Assembly (NCBI GenBank): GCA_902562525.1
Contig: CACETT010000003.1
Span: forward strand, 1-52,877
Direction: 5' to 3'
From: an uncultured Alphaproteobacteria bacterium
Lineage (GTDB): Bacteria; Pseudomonadota; Alphaproteobacteria; UBA7887
Length of the DNA stretch: 52,877 nt
Shown: positions 37,034 to 47,087 of the stretch, piece by piece
Position numbering within the stretch: the stretch's first letter is position 1
Layout: the number at the start of each line of letters is the position of its first letter
Position numbers and translations under genes: made by a program
Notes under the pieces: generated by a model
The model's database searches: none
What the model was told of the DNA's origin: nothing
What the model saw: the letters and a program-made list of their open reading frames with translations, nothing else

Positions 37034-37867
37034 ATGGGTGCCGAGGGTGGCCTCAGGTTGAAATTTTGGGGGGTGAGAGGAAGCATTGCATGTCCAGGCC
37101 CTAAAACGGTCCGATATGGGGGAAACACATCATGCGTAGAGGTTCGATGTGGCCAAGATTTATTAATATTGGATGCCGGTACCGGATTGAGAGGGCTAGC
37201 AGAGAGTTTAAAACAAGGACAAGCGTTGAAAGCAAATTTATTTTTGACCCACACCCATTTGGATCACGTTTGCGGGTTTCCTTTTTTCCAACCCTTGTTC
37301 AAGGCAAGTACTAGTTTGAACATCTGGGGAGGGCATCTTTCCTCGGGTCGTCCAGTGCGGCAGGTTTTCGATAGCTTGATGATGGATCCTCTTTGGCCAA
37401 TACAGTTAGATGACTTAAAGGCGGGAATAACATTTCATGACTTTATTGCGGGTGATGCTTTGACGCCAATTGATGGTGTTGAGGTGCAAACGGCAGCTCT
37501 TAATCATCCTAATGGGGCAACAGGCTATCGTATTAATTATCAGGGGAAATCTGTTTGTTATGTAACTGATACGGAGCATTTTGCGGATCGTATCGATGAG
37601 AATATAGTGGGATTGGCTGACAATGCGGACATATTAATTTACGATTCCACATACACACCAGATGATTATAAGAATAGAGTCGGCTGGGGACACTCTACCT
37701 GGGAGGAGGGTGTTAAAGTTGCGAAGCAAGCTGGTGTAAAGAAATTCATCGTGTTTCATCATAATCCCGAACATAATGACGATGACATGGATCTAATAGA
37801 GCAACAGGTGTGCGATGTTATGGGGAATGCTGTGGTTGCAAGGGAGGGGATGGTATTATGCCTATAG
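37034..37867 (+). CDS. MBL-fold metallo-hydrolase (RNase Z/PhnP/phosphodiesterase-like branch)
   Basis: FWGVRGS, YGGNTSCV, LDAGTG, THTHLDH (HxHxDH), LNHPNG, TDTEH, IYDSTY, GWGHST, FHHNP. Confidence 0.9.
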   Translation: MGAEGGLRLKFWGVRGSIACPGPKTVRYGGNTSCVEVRCGQDLLILDAGTGLRGLAESLKQGQALKANLFLTHTHLDHVCGFPFFQPLFKASTSLNIWGGHLSSGRPVRQVFDSLMMDPLWPIQLDDLKAGITFHDFIAGDALTPIDGVEVQTAALNHPNGATGYRINYQGKSVCYVTDTEHFADRIDENIVGLADNADILIYDSTYTPDDYKNRVGWGHSTWEEGVKVAKQAGVKKFIVFHHNPEHNDDDMDLIEQQVCDVMGNAVVAREGMVLCL

Positions 37868-38871
37868 ATGACCTTGAAGGCCTTCCAAAAAGCATGAAGG
37901 TTGTTGAGATCTCCAAGTTTGGGGGTCCAGATGTACTCACCATAGCAGAACGGGAGCTGCCAATCCCAAATGCTGGTGAGGTCCTGATCCGGGTCTCAGC
38001 TGCAGGGATAAATCGGCCGGATATTATGCAACGAAAGGGTTTATACCCACCGCCACCAGGAGCCTCCGATATTCCCGGCTTGGAAGTAGCTGGTGAGATA
38101 TGTGCGGTCGGCAATGGGGTAGGCCCTGACAAGCTCGGTCAGTCTGTTTGTGCATTAGTTTCGGGCGGTGGGTATGCTGAATATTGTCTAGCGCATATCG
38201 GACACTGTCTAGCAGTGCCCCACCGTTTGACTATGGCTGAAGCGGCAGCTTTACCTGAATGTGTTTTCACTGTCTGGACAAACATTTTTGAAAGAGGAAA
38301 ATTGGCTAGTGGAGAGAGTATTTTAATCCATGGAGGTAGCAGTGGCATTGGGACGTTGGCTATCCAATTGGCTAGTCATTTTGGTGCCCGTGTTTTTGCG
38401 ACAGCTGGCTCTTCAGATAAGTGTCGGGTTTGTGAGGAGCTTGGGGCTGAGCACGCCATTAATTATAAGAAGGAGAATTATAAGCAAGAAATGTCCAGAC
38501 TTTTGAAAGATGAAGGGTTGGATGTAATCTTGGATATGGTTGGTGGGGACTATATTGAACAAAACCTTTCTCTTCTCAGGAAGAACGGTCGGCTTGTCCT
38601 AATTGCTTTCCTAGGCGGTTCTAACGTCAAATTAGATTTAAGTCCGGTGTTGCTTAAATGGCTGACTATTACTGGCTCCACTCTTCGACCTCGTACTTTA
38701 GTCGAGAAAGAGGCAGTGGCACGGGCGGTAGAACAAAACGTGTGGCCACTTGTCGAAGCAGGTAAAGTAAACCCCATAATATATAAGAAATTCCCTCTTT
38801 TTGAGGCTCCGAAGGCCCATTTTTTAATGGAAACTAGTGAACATATTGGGAAGATCGTGTTGCAGACCTAG
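37858..38871 (+). CDS. NAD(P)H-quinone oxidoreductase, PIG3 family (zinc-independent MDR)
   Basis: GINRPD--QRKGLYPPPPGASDIPGLEVAG, IHGGSSGIG, ITGSTLRPR, HIGKIVL. Likely ATG at 37858 overlaps the MBL stop codon. Confidence 0.92.
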   Translation: MPIDDLEGLPKSMKVVEISKFGGPDVLTIAERELPIPNAGEVLIRVSAAGINRPDIMQRKGLYPPPPGASDIPGLEVAGEICAVGNGVGPDKLGQSVCALVSGGGYAEYCLAHIGHCLAVPHRLTMAEAAALPECVFTVWTNIFERGKLASGESILIHGGSSGIGTLAIQLASHFGARVFATAGSSDKCRVCEELGAEHAINYKKENYKQEMSRLLKDEGLDVILDMVGGDYIEQNLSLLRKNGRLVLIAFLGGSNVKLDLSPVLLKWLTITGSTLRPRTLVEKEAVARAVEQNVWPLVEAGKVNPIIYKKFPLFEAPKAHFLMETSEHIGKIVLQT

Positions 38872-39056
38872 GAAATGACTAACTTTGCCCTTGCCAATTT
38901 TTATGATTTTAATCTTTGTGAAAGTGTTGATGTCTTTTTGAATATGCTATTGTCGGTAGGTGATTGCGATTTAAGGTGTCATAAATTAGTTTTTTGGGCC
39001 TTAATTAGTCGTAGGGCTTTGGATCAGCTCTGAACCAAGCAAGTGAGGATAAAATA

Positions 39057-39620
39057 ATGCCCTTAATGCCAAAGGCTACCGCCGTATGGCTGGTAGAAAA
39101 CACAACGCTTACTTTTCAGCAAATCGCAGACTTTTGTGATATGCACCCGTTAGAGGTGCAGGGAATCGCTGATGGTGAGGTCGCAGTGGGGATAATGGGA
39201 CAAGACCCGCTAACGAATGGCCAGTTGTCAAAGGATGAAATCACTAGGTGTGAAGCCGATGAAAGCTCCAAGATGGAACTGCTTAAGGCTAAGGAAGCAG
39301 TAGCTAACCCTCGGAGAAAAGTTCCGCGTTACACACCGGTTTCTAAGAGGCAAGATAGGCCTAATGCTATTTCTTGGCTTATAAAATATCACCCAGAGCT
39401 TAAAGACGCCCAGATTTCTCGGTTATTGGGAACTACCAAGACGACGATAACTGCTGTGCGTAGCCGTAGCCACTGGAATATAGTAAATATTAAAGCCCAG
39501 GACCCGGTTTTGCTAGGATTATGTAAGCAAATTGAATTGGAAGCAGAGGTTTTAAAGGCTTCAAAATCCAACAAGAGGACTTTGAAAGCGGCTGCGGCCA
39601 ATGCGGAAACAGCAGAGTAA
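39057..39620 (+). CDS. trcR: DUF1013 family protein, cell cycle transcriptional regulator TrcR
   Basis: PLMPKATAVWLVENTTLTFQQIADFC-MH-LEVQGIADG, RYTPVSKRQDRP, LGLCKQIEL. Confidence 0.88.
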   Translation: MPLMPKATAVWLVENTTLTFQQIADFCDMHPLEVQGIADGEVAVGIMGQDPLTNGQLSKDEITRCEADESSKMELLKAKEAVANPRRKVPRYTPVSKRQDRPNAISWLIKYHPELKDAQISRLLGTTKTTITAVRSRSHWNIVNIKAQDPVLLGLCKQIELEAEVLKASKSNKRTLKAAAANAETAE

Positions 39621-39647
39621 CTAGGGCAAGTTGGGCGCCTTACTTCC

Positions 39648-41123
39648 ATGAAGGTTGATCTCAATAATTTAACTGCTGGAATAGCCAAGTTGGCTAAGGC
39701 TAAGGTCTTGTGTGTGGGAGACCTAATGTTGGATCGCTTTTTATATGGGAGTGTGGGGCGGATTTCACCGGAGGGTCCAATCCCAATCATCCATGTGGAT
39801 ACCGAGACTATTATGCTGGGGGGAGCAGGCAATGTAGTGCGTAATGTTGTCGCTTTGGGTGCTCATTGCACCTTCGTCAGTGCGATTGGTACGGATTCCG
39901 GGGGTAAGCGATTGACAGATTTAGTGGCTCAGTTGGAAAATGTTGAAGCATATCTGCTGCGGGAGTCGGGACGGCCATCTACTATTAAGACGCGCTATAT
40001 GGCTGATGGTCAGCAACTATTGAGGGCTGATCAGGAAACAGATACATCTCTTGCTCCAGCCACTGAGGCTGATATCCAATTAGCCGCCCTGGATGCTGTA
40101 ATTGGCTGCGACGCTGTCGTTCTATCTGATTATGGCAAGGGAGTTCTATCTGATCCGGTTATTCAGAGTGTGATCAAGAAAGCTAGGGAACACGGTAAGC
40201 CAGTAATTGTGGATCCTAAGGGCCAAAATTTTGGAAGGTATTCCGGTGCAGATTTTGTCACCCCTAATAGTGCAGAATTGGCCCTGGCTTCCGGTAAAAC
40301 ACTAAATGATGAGCAGTCCATAATCAGAGCTGCGAGACATCTTCTTGTTGAGCATGAGATCCACTCATTCTTAGTTACAAGGAGCCAGGAAGGTATGTCG
40401 CTCGTGGATTTGGATCATGTTAGTCATATTCCGGTGCAAGTGCAGGAGGTCTTTGACGTATCTGGAGCTGGGGACACGGTGGTGGCAGTTTTTGCGGCTG
40501 CAATTGCGGTAGGACTGGACCCAATAGAGGCGGCGAACCTTGCCAATATTGCGGCAGGACTTGTTGTTGGTAAGCTCGGTACAGCTGCTATTTCATTGGA
40601 AGACCTTAATCACGCGGCGGTGCACAGCCATGTAGCGACAGGAAAGGTGAAGGTGGTCACGCGGGAGACCGCAAGGGAGATTAGAAATGTTTGGCATAGA
40701 AAGGGCGAGTGTGTGGGGTTTGCTAACGGTTGTTTCGATATTCTACATCCAGGCCACCTCGCTTTGCTCCATCGGGCACGGGGATCTTGTGACCGTTTGA
40801 TTGTGGGATTAAATAGCGATGCATCTGTGCAGCGCTTAAAAGGAACTGGAAGGCCGGCTCAAACAGAAGCGGATAGGGCAAAAATTCTTGCTGCCCTTTC
40901 AGATGTGGATTTAGTTGTGATATTTGAGGAGGATACTCCTGAATTGTTGATCCAGGAGTTGGCTCCTGACCTGCTGGTTAAGGGAGCAGATTATAAAAGA
41001 AAGGATGTGGTGGGTGGCGATTTCGTGGAAGAAATTGGCGGTAAAGTCTTGCTGGTCGAGCTGGAATCTGGCTACAGCACGTCGGATACAATAGCTAAAA
41101 TAGTGGGAAGTCACGATGACTAA
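39648..41123 (+). CDS. hldE: Bifunctional heptose 7-phosphate kinase / heptose 1-phosphate adenylyltransferase
   Basis: GDLMLDRF, RISPEGPIP, GGAGNV, LSDYGKG, DVSGAGDTV, GCFDILHPGH, VGLNSDASV-RLKG-GRP. Confidence 0.94.
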   Translation: MKVDLNNLTAGIAKLAKAKVLCVGDLMLDRFLYGSVGRISPEGPIPIIHVDTETIMLGGAGNVVRNVVALGAHCTFVSAIGTDSGGKRLTDLVAQLENVEAYLLRESGRPSTIKTRYMADGQQLLRADQETDTSLAPATEADIQLAALDAVIGCDAVVLSDYGKGVLSDPVIQSVIKKAREHGKPVIVDPKGQNFGRYSGADFVTPNSAELALASGKTLNDEQSIIRAARHLLVEHEIHSFLVTRSQEGMSLVDLDHVSHIPVQVQEVFDVSGAGDTVVAVFAAAIAVGLDPIEAANLANIAAGLVVGKLGTAAISLEDLNHAAVHSHVATGKVKVVTRETAREIRNVWHRKGECVGFANGCFDILHPGHLALLHRARGSCDRLIVGLNSDASVQRLKGTGRPAQTEADRAKILAALSDVDLVVIFEEDTPELLIQELAPDLLVKGADYKRKDVVGGDFVEEIGGKVLLVELESGYSTSDTIAKIVGSHDD

Positions 41124-41697
41124 CCGCATGATAGTAGGAATGACGGGAGCATCGGGAGCCATATATGGCATTCGCCTGTTGCAGGTGTTAAAAACATTGG
41201 ATGTCGAAGCCCATTTAGTTATGAGCCAATCAGCCGAGGTTACCTTGGCACATGAAACCGTAATGAAGGTTTCAGAGGTTAGACAGTTGGCCGACCAGTG
41301 GTACAAAATAGATGACATAGCCGCTGCCCCTGCAAGCGGCTCCTACCAAACCGTAGGTATGATTATCGCTCCTTGTTCAATGCGAACCGCAGGGGAGTTG
41401 GCTTCAGGAATCACTAGTAATTTGCTAACAAGGTCTGCGGATGTCGCCATAAAGGAGAGGCGTCGTTTGGTACTAATGGTTAGGGAGACCCCGCTTCATT
41501 CGGTTCACCTTGGTAATCTTAAAACTTTGTCTGATTTGGGGGTGGTAATAGCTCCTCCAGTCCCAGCTTTTTATACACGTCCTAAAGGTGTAGATGAAAT
41601 TGTGGATCATAGCATAGCTAGGGTATTAGACTTGTTTGGTCTTGCCCCTAATAATGTCCTTAGGTGGGGCGAGAATATTGGGAAAATCAAAGGCTGA
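41116..41697 (+). CDS. ubiX: Flavin prenyltransferase UbiX
   Basis: VGMTGASGAIYG, ASGS, APCSM, RSADV-IKERR-LVLM-RETP, PPVPAFY. Confidence 0.94.
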   Translation: MTNRMIVGMTGASGAIYGIRLLQVLKTLDVEAHLVMSQSAEVTLAHETVMKVSEVRQLADQWYKIDDIAAAPASGSYQTVGMIIAPCSMRTAGELASGITSNLLTRSADVAIKERRRLVLMVRETPLHSVHLGNLKTLSDLGVVIAPPVPAFYTRPKGVDEIVDHSIARVLDLFGLAPNNVLRWGENIGKIKG

Positions 41698-41711
41698 GTA
41701 TCGGGAAGTGG

Positions 41712-42239
41712 CTATGGAGATAATGATAAAACTTCTTCTGTCAAATTGACTAATTTACCCTTGGTTTCGTGCATGTTCTGGCTGTTGGGAAGGGTTAGCA
41801 AAGAAAAATAGGTGTCCAAATTAGTAGTTGCCAAACCTCTTTTATTGGAGCCCTTTGGTAGGTTCTTCAGATTCAGATATTCTTGGCATAGAAGGGCTTG
41901 GCATATACGTTCTGCTTCTAATTCGATATCAGATGTCATGTTGAGAAAATTGTCCGAGAAATCGGAAAATAAGGCTGTTTGCGCTTTGGCTGTTTGGCGA
42001 ATCTTTCTAAGTGGCTGAATGATGTTATCTCGCCATTTGGCAATCGATGAGTCGAGTGTCTGGAAATGGTCTTTAAGAAGAGCAGTGCTTTCAATCCAAC
42101 CTGCCCACAAGGCAAAAAGTGTGAGATTTACATCTAGCGCGTATTTATTTTGGAGTCCCAGCAAAATTTCTGAACTATTGGAATGTTGATAATAGGCTAA
42201 GGAAAACTGCCAGAACTTTAAAGAAGTGGAGTTTGTCAT
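41712..42239 (-). CDS. TIGR02444 (DUF2390)-like protein
   Basis: FWQFSLAYY, LLGLQNKYALDVNL-LFALW, WRDNIIQPLRKIR, ELEAER. Start uncertain (42239 or 42254). Confidence 0.72.
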   Translation of the reverse strand: MTNSTSLKFWQFSLAYYQHSNSSEILLGLQNKYALDVNLTLFALWAGWIESTALLKDHFQTLDSSIAKWRDNIIQPLRKIRQTAKAQTALFSDFSDNFLNMTSDIELEAERICQALLCQEYLNLKNLPKGSNKRGLATTNLDTYFSLLTLPNSQNMHETKGKLVNLTEEVLSLSP

Positions 42240-42421
42240 AGGGATATCGACCAAGGTATTACTCTTCGGAAATGATGGACATAGCTAGGTGACAGTATAT
42301 TAAGGCTGGGTTGCAGGAAAGTCGCAGGGTTTGAGGGCATGCGCTTAAAAACGGCTGTCTCTTGCTACAAACACTAGCTCCAATCATAATAGCGGGGATA
42401 TTTTTTTGGGGAGCAAATTTT

Positions 42422-42916
42422 ATGGCCAAAGGCGTTCCAGAGGTTGGATTGATCATGGGGAGCCAGTCTGACTGGGATACCATGCGTCACTCTGCCGAGA
42501 CCTTGACTTCTCTTGGTGTACGGCATGACGTGCGAGTGGTTTCAGCTCATCGGACACCTAAGCGTCTAGTCGAGTATGCCGAGGGTGCAGAAGGAAGGGG
42601 GCTTCGCGTTATTATTGCTGCGGCCGGTGGAGCAGCCCATCTCCCAGGCATGGTGGCTTCTCTTACGACTTTGCCCGTTATTGGTGTTCCGATCGAAAGT
42701 CATAGTTTAAAGGGATTAGACAGCCTGTTATCAATTGTCCAGATGCCGGGTGGTGTCCCTGTAGGAACCATGGCTATTGGGAAGTCAGGGGCTATAAATG
42801 GTGCCCTCTTCTCTGCGGCAATAGTGGGATTATCTAACTCAAAGGTAGCGGAGGCTCTTAAAGAATTTCGGATGAAGCAGACAAGATCGGTTCCTGATAC
42901 GCCAGAATCAAATTAA
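42422..42916 (+). CDS. purE: N5-carboxyaminoimidazole ribonucleotide mutase
   Basis: [48 protein letters not shown] at 42422 preferred over the track start at 42362. Confidence 0.97.
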   Translation: MAKGVPEVGLIMGSQSDWDTMRHSAETLTSLGVRHDVRVVSAHRTPKRLVEYAEGAEGRGLRVIIAAAGGAAHLPGMVASLTTLPVIGVPIESHSLKGLDSLLSIVQMPGGVPVGTMAIGKSGAINGALFSAAIVGLSNSKVAEALKEFRMKQTRSVPDTPESN

Positions 42917-42933
42917 ATAGAGAGGAACTTCTG

Positions 42934-44031
42934 GTGCCAGTCAAAAATCATATAGCGCTACCTCCAGGATCCGTAGTAGGGATTTTTGGAGGAGGTCAAC
43001 TGGGAAGAATGATGGCAGTTGCTGCAGCGCAAATGGGATATCATACTCATATTTATGTAGATGAAATCGGTAGCCCTGCTATAGAGGTTAGTCACTCCCA
43101 TACAATTGCTTCCTATTCAGACGAGGAACGCCTAAAGAATTTTTCCCAAGAAGTCGATGTTGCAACTTATGAGTTTGAAAACATCCCAGTTAATAGTTTG
43201 CGTGAAGTCGAGAAGTTGGTTCCTGTGTATCCAAAACCGGACATACTAGAAATTGCGCAAGACCGAGTGGCTGAGAAGGACTTCTGCAACGAATTGGGTA
43301 TACCAACAGCGCCTTATTGGAGGGTTACCGACCTCGAGATATTGGAGGCATCCCTGAGTGAACTTGGTCGACCGGGGCTCTTAAAAAGCACAAGGTTTGG
43401 TTACGATGGAAAGAACCAGATAAAGGTTAAAATTGGCGATAATTTAGGCGATGCATGGAGCCGTATAGGTGGTGGCCCCGGTGTGTTAGAGGGTTGGATG
43501 GACTACGAGAGAGAAATCTCTGTAATTGTTGTAAGGACACAAAGTGGTGATGTTCAATGCTACGATCCAGTAGAGAATGAGCATAAGAACTATGTTTTAC
43601 ACAGAAGTATTGTTCCTGCCAGGATTTCCTCTGAAACAAAGGAAGCAGCTGTTAACTCAGCCAAGCATTTAGCAGTTAGTCTTGACTTGGTTGGCGTCCT
43701 GGCTGTGGAGATGTTTGTCATGAAGGATGGCACAATTACAATCAATGAGATGGCACCGCGACCACATAATTCCGGTCATTGGACCATTGAAGCTTGTGCC
43801 TCAAGTCAATTTGAGCAGTTGATACGATGTATTTGTGGAGTGCCTCTTGGTTCTTGTGCCAGGAATGCAGATGCAGAGATGCAAAATCTTCTTGGTGATG
43901 AGGTCAATGACTGGCTTGTTTATTTGGGGGAACCTAGCCAAAGATTACATCTTTACGGCAAGGGTGAGATTAGGGCAGGGAGAAAAATGGGACACGTGAC
44001 TAGCCTGAAACCGCTGTCCAAGCACTTGTAA
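42934..44031 (+). CDS. purK: N5-carboxyaminoimidazole ribonucleotide synthase
   Basis: GGGQLGRMM, YEFENI, GYDGKNQ, NEMAPRPHNSGHWT, LYGK, RKMGHV. Confidence 0.96.
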   Translation: MPVKNHIALPPGSVVGIFGGGQLGRMMAVAAAQMGYHTHIYVDEIGSPAIEVSHSHTIASYSDEERLKNFSQEVDVATYEFENIPVNSLREVEKLVPVYPKPDILEIAQDRVAEKDFCNELGIPTAPYWRVTDLEILEASLSELGRPGLLKSTRFGYDGKNQIKVKIGDNLGDAWSRIGGGPGVLEGWMDYEREISVIVVRTQSGDVQCYDPVENEHKNYVLHRSIVPARISSETKEAAVNSAKHLAVSLDLVGVLAVEMFVMKDGTITINEMAPRPHNSGHWTIEACASSQFEQLIRCICGVPLGSCARNADAEMQNLLGDEVNDWLVYLGEPSQRLHLYGKGEIRAGRKMGHVTSLKPLSKHL

Positions 44032-44051
44032 TTAGCCCGTTTCAAACAGCT

Positions 44052-44714
44052 TCAATGTGCTCGGCGGAGTGACTTAAGCACCTTGAATAGCGAAAATATT
44101 GAAGTTTCTATTTTTGGAAAACAGTTCTTAATCTTAGGCTTCATCTTTTGTACAGACATTACGTTGGCTATTCTGCGGTCAAGGAAAGCTTGGGTTTCTA
44201 AATAGTCAGGAGAATTATCTGTAAGCCAATAAAGTACGGTGGAACAGTAGACTGCTGTGAGCAGAGAGCGTTTGGAGTAGTAGTTGAAGTCCGTAGCAGT
44301 ATCGCCAGCGGTTCGCCACATTAAGTCTATGCTGCGGTAAAGAGTCTCAGCGCCTATTGAGAGATATTGAGGTGAGTACAATAAAGGAATGAGGCGAGAC
44401 ACAGCTTCTCGATGAGATGACATAGCTTGAATTCTAAGCATTACCAGGGTGCTGATACGTTTCCTTACGGGCATATCTAGGAGTGCCAAGGGGCTAGCAG
44501 AAGTTAGCATTGCCGAATCAATCGCCGCGCCGTGTGCAAGAATAAGGTCACGAACCCCGCTCGGGAAAACCCTTATCATAGTCCGTTGATCAAATCCGAA
44601 ATCCTGACATACGTTCCGAATGTTTGCTTCTGTCCATCCAAGAAATGGGTCCTGGTTGACTAGAGCCTCCAAAATTTGAGTACGTTCGGTTTCAAAATCT
44701 GATGTTATTGGCAT
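44052..44714 (-). CDS. COQ9 family protein (rpsU-associated ubiquinone biosynthesis lipid-binding protein)
   Basis: FLGWT, D-MWRTAGDTATDFNYYSKR--L-AVY-STVLYWL-DNSP----T-AFLDRRIANVM. Confidence 0.9.
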   Translation of the reverse strand: MPITSDFETERTQILEALVNQDPFLGWTEANIRNVCQDFGFDQRTMIRVFPSGVRDLILAHGAAIDSAMLTSASPLALLDMPVRKRISTLVMLRIQAMSSHREAVSRLIPLLYSPQYLSIGAETLYRSIDLMWRTAGDTATDFNYYSKRSLLTAVYCSTVLYWLTDNSPDYLETQAFLDRRIANVMSVQKMKPKIKNCFPKIETSIFSLFKVLKSLRRAH

Positions 44715-44738
44715 ACGGATTGGGTTCCAAAAACTACT

Positions 44739-45257
44739 CTAATCTGCGTTAAAACGCATTTCCGAGACATAATGCAGGGTGTTTAGTTTGTCCATTCGCA
44801 TGGGATAAAGAATACCATCCAGGTGGTCATATTCGTGTTGCACTACTCGGGCATGAAAACCAGAGGCTTCGCGGGTGATTTTCTTGCCGTTTTCGTCCCA
44901 TCCCTGGTAATTAATGTGCGTAAACCGAGGGACAGATCCTCGAAGATCTGGCACAGATAAGCATCCTTCCCATCCATCCTCTTTCTCATCCCCAAGAAAT
45001 TGTAATTCCGGATTTATTAGAACCTGCTCCTCAAAAGCCATTTCATCGCCTTCTCGTTCGGCAGGGATCTGAAATATCATCACTCGCAGAGAAACGTAGA
45101 TCTGAGGAGCTGCCAGGCCCACTCCTCCTGCATCAGCCATTGTCTCCCTCATATTATCCAAAAGCTCGCGGATCTCGCGGCTAGTAGGGTCGTCAACCGC
45201 TTTAGCAACCTCCTTGAGAATGGGATGTCCCATTTTTGCGATTTTTAATATGGCCAT
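44739..45257 (-). CDS. def: Peptide deformylase
   Basis: GVGLAAPQ, EGCLSVP, HEYDHLDG. ATG at 45257 preferred (45287 possible). Confidence 0.96.
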   Translation of the reverse strand: MAILKIAKMGHPILKEVAKAVDDPTSREIRELLDNMRETMADAGGVGLAAPQIYVSLRVMIFQIPAEREGDEMAFEEQVLINPELQFLGDEKEDGWEGCLSVPDLRGSVPRFTHINYQGWDENGKKITREASGFHARVVQHEYDHLDGILYPMRMDKLNTLHYVSEMRFNAD

Positions 45258-45408
45258 GGTGGTCGATCCTACAATTCCTCTATCCATTTATTGAGCATGG
45301 ATCACAAGATACTCCTGTTGGTATAATTTTGGAAGGACTTCACAGAGTGCACGGATTGTGGTACTTCATCCTCTCTTATAGAAAATCTGTGGATTGAGAG
45401 GATAGATT

Positions 45409-45609
45409 TTGCAAGTTTTGGTGCGTGATAATAATGTCGATCAGGCTCTTCGTGCTCTAAAGAAGAAGATGCAGCGGGAGGGAATTTTTAGGGAAATGAA
45501 GATGCGGAGATCTTTCGAGAAACCTTCTGAGAAGAAGGCGCGGGAGAAAGCTGAGGCTATTCGAAGAGCTCGAAAATTAGCCAGAAAAAAGGCCATGCGC
45601 GAAGATTAA
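45409..45609 (+). CDS. rpsU: 30S ribosomal protein S21
   Basis: [29 protein letters not shown]...[14 protein letters not shown]; TTG start behind GAGG. Confidence 0.97.
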   Translation: MQVLVRDNNVDQALRALKKKMQREGIFREMKMRRSFEKPSEKKAREKAEAIRRARKLARKKAMRED

Positions 45610-45656
45610 GGCCTACCTAAATTAATAGAAAATATGTATGTCTAGCGAACGAGTAA

Positions 45657-47060
45657 TTATTGTTGCTCTATGGTGGGCATTTTAAAAGGTTCTGCCATTT
45701 CAAAAGCGTGACACAACCTCAATAAATTTGCTTCATCAAAACGCGACCCAACTATTTGCATGGAGAGGGGCAAGTGCTCTTTTGTAAAACCGCAAGGCAC
45801 AGTCGCGGCTGGGTGTTGTGTCAAATTAAATGGATAGGTGAAGGGTGACCATTCCCACCAACGTTTCATTCCACTGTTGGGCGGCACTTCATTATTTGCT
45901 TCAAACGCGGTCAGGGGAAGTTGGGGAGTGATAAGAAAATCATAATCTTGCAGAAAAAGGGTAATTGCGACAGCTAATTGGTCACGGGCTTTTTCGGATT
46001 TCCTGAGTTCTATGCTACTCACCTGGCTTCCCAATTCCGCCAGTTCCCGCAGAGGGGCATCCATCAGGGCCTGTTTTTCTTTTGGAGTTTCATTCACCAG
46101 GACGGCCAATCCAACAGACCAAAGTGTAATCATATCTTCAATTGGATCGCTTATGGGTGGATCGATCTCCGTTACTTTGGCTCCAAGTTGCTCGAAAAGA
46201 CCAACTGCCTGACGCACCTTTTCGGCGACTTGAGGATCTACTTTCGCGTAACCTAATGAAGGGCTGAAAGCGATTTTCACATTTTTAATCCCTTGGTCCA
46301 GATCTTGTTCATAATCAATTGGACGGTACGGGGCAGCATACCAATCGCGCGGATCAGGTTGACTAATAATACTAAGCATACGCGCCGCATCTCGCACTGT
46401 CCGGGTCATAGGTCCTTGGTGGGACAGAGTGCCCATAACAGTTTGGGGGTAAGCGGGTACTAGGCCAAAAGTTGCCTTCAGGCCAAAAATTCCACAAAAG
46501 CCTGCGGGCATTCGTATCGATCCGCCACCGTCCGAACCTATATTGAGGTGTCCCATTCCTAGGGCAGCAGCAACAGCTGCTCCCCCTGAACTGCCACCAG
46601 GGGTAAGCTCTGGGTTCCAGGGGTTTCTGGTGCTTCCGGTTAAGGGACTGTCTGTTACGCCTTTCCATCCAAATTCCGGCGTAGTTGTTTTGCCTACAAA
46701 GACCACGCCTTGTTCCCGCATTCGAGCAACACTCGGTGCGTCTTCATGCCAGCTCTGATTTGGGTCTGTTGTCCTTGACCCCTTAAGCGTAGCCCACCCC
46801 TTTGATAACATGAGGTCTTTAATGGTGCTTGGGACTCCATCTAATAGTCCAATGGCTTCCTTGTTTTGCCACCGCTTTTCCGACGCCTGGGCATCGCGGA
46901 GGGCTTTCTCTTCATCTACAAGACAGAAGGCGTTATATTTTTTCTGAAGGAGGCTAACTCTGTCCAATACAGACTGGGTCGCTTCCACAGGAGAGGCTTC
47001 CCCAGATTTATACAAGTGAACGAGATCTATAGCCGATAAATCACATAGTTGACTCGACAT
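45657..47060 (-). CDS. Amidase signature family enzyme
   Basis: LDGVPSTIKD, GKTTTPEFGW, PGGSSGG, GSDGGGSIR, FTYPFNLT. Confidence 0.92.
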   Translation of the reverse strand: MSSQLCDLSAIDLVHLYKSGEASPVEATQSVLDRVSLLQKKYNAFCLVDEEKALRDAQASEKRWQNKEAIGLLDGVPSTIKDLMLSKGWATLKGSRTTDPNQSWHEDAPSVARMREQGVVFVGKTTTPEFGWKGVTDSPLTGSTRNPWNPELTPGGSSGGAAVAAALGMGHLNIGSDGGGSIRMPAGFCGIFGLKATFGLVPAYPQTVMGTLSHQGPMTRTVRDAARMLSIISQPDPRDWYAAPYRPIDYEQDLDQGIKNVKIAFSPSLGYAKVDPQVAEKVRQAVGLFEQLGAKVTEIDPPISDPIEDMITLWSVGLAVLVNETPKEKQALMDAPLRELAELGSQVSSIELRKSEKARDQLAVAITLFLQDYDFLITPQLPLTAFEANNEVPPNSGMKRWWEWSPFTYPFNLTQHPAATVPCGFTKEHLPLSMQIVGSRFDEANLLRLCHAFEMAEPFKMPTIEQQ

Positions 47061-47087
47061 TTGATTTGCCTCGCTTCCTACCCTCAG

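Noticed and set aside
38971-38985. CtrA-like site TTAA-N7-TAAA upstream of trcR
   Set aside because: One mismatch in a short AT-rich motif within an AT-rich spacer; expected by chance.
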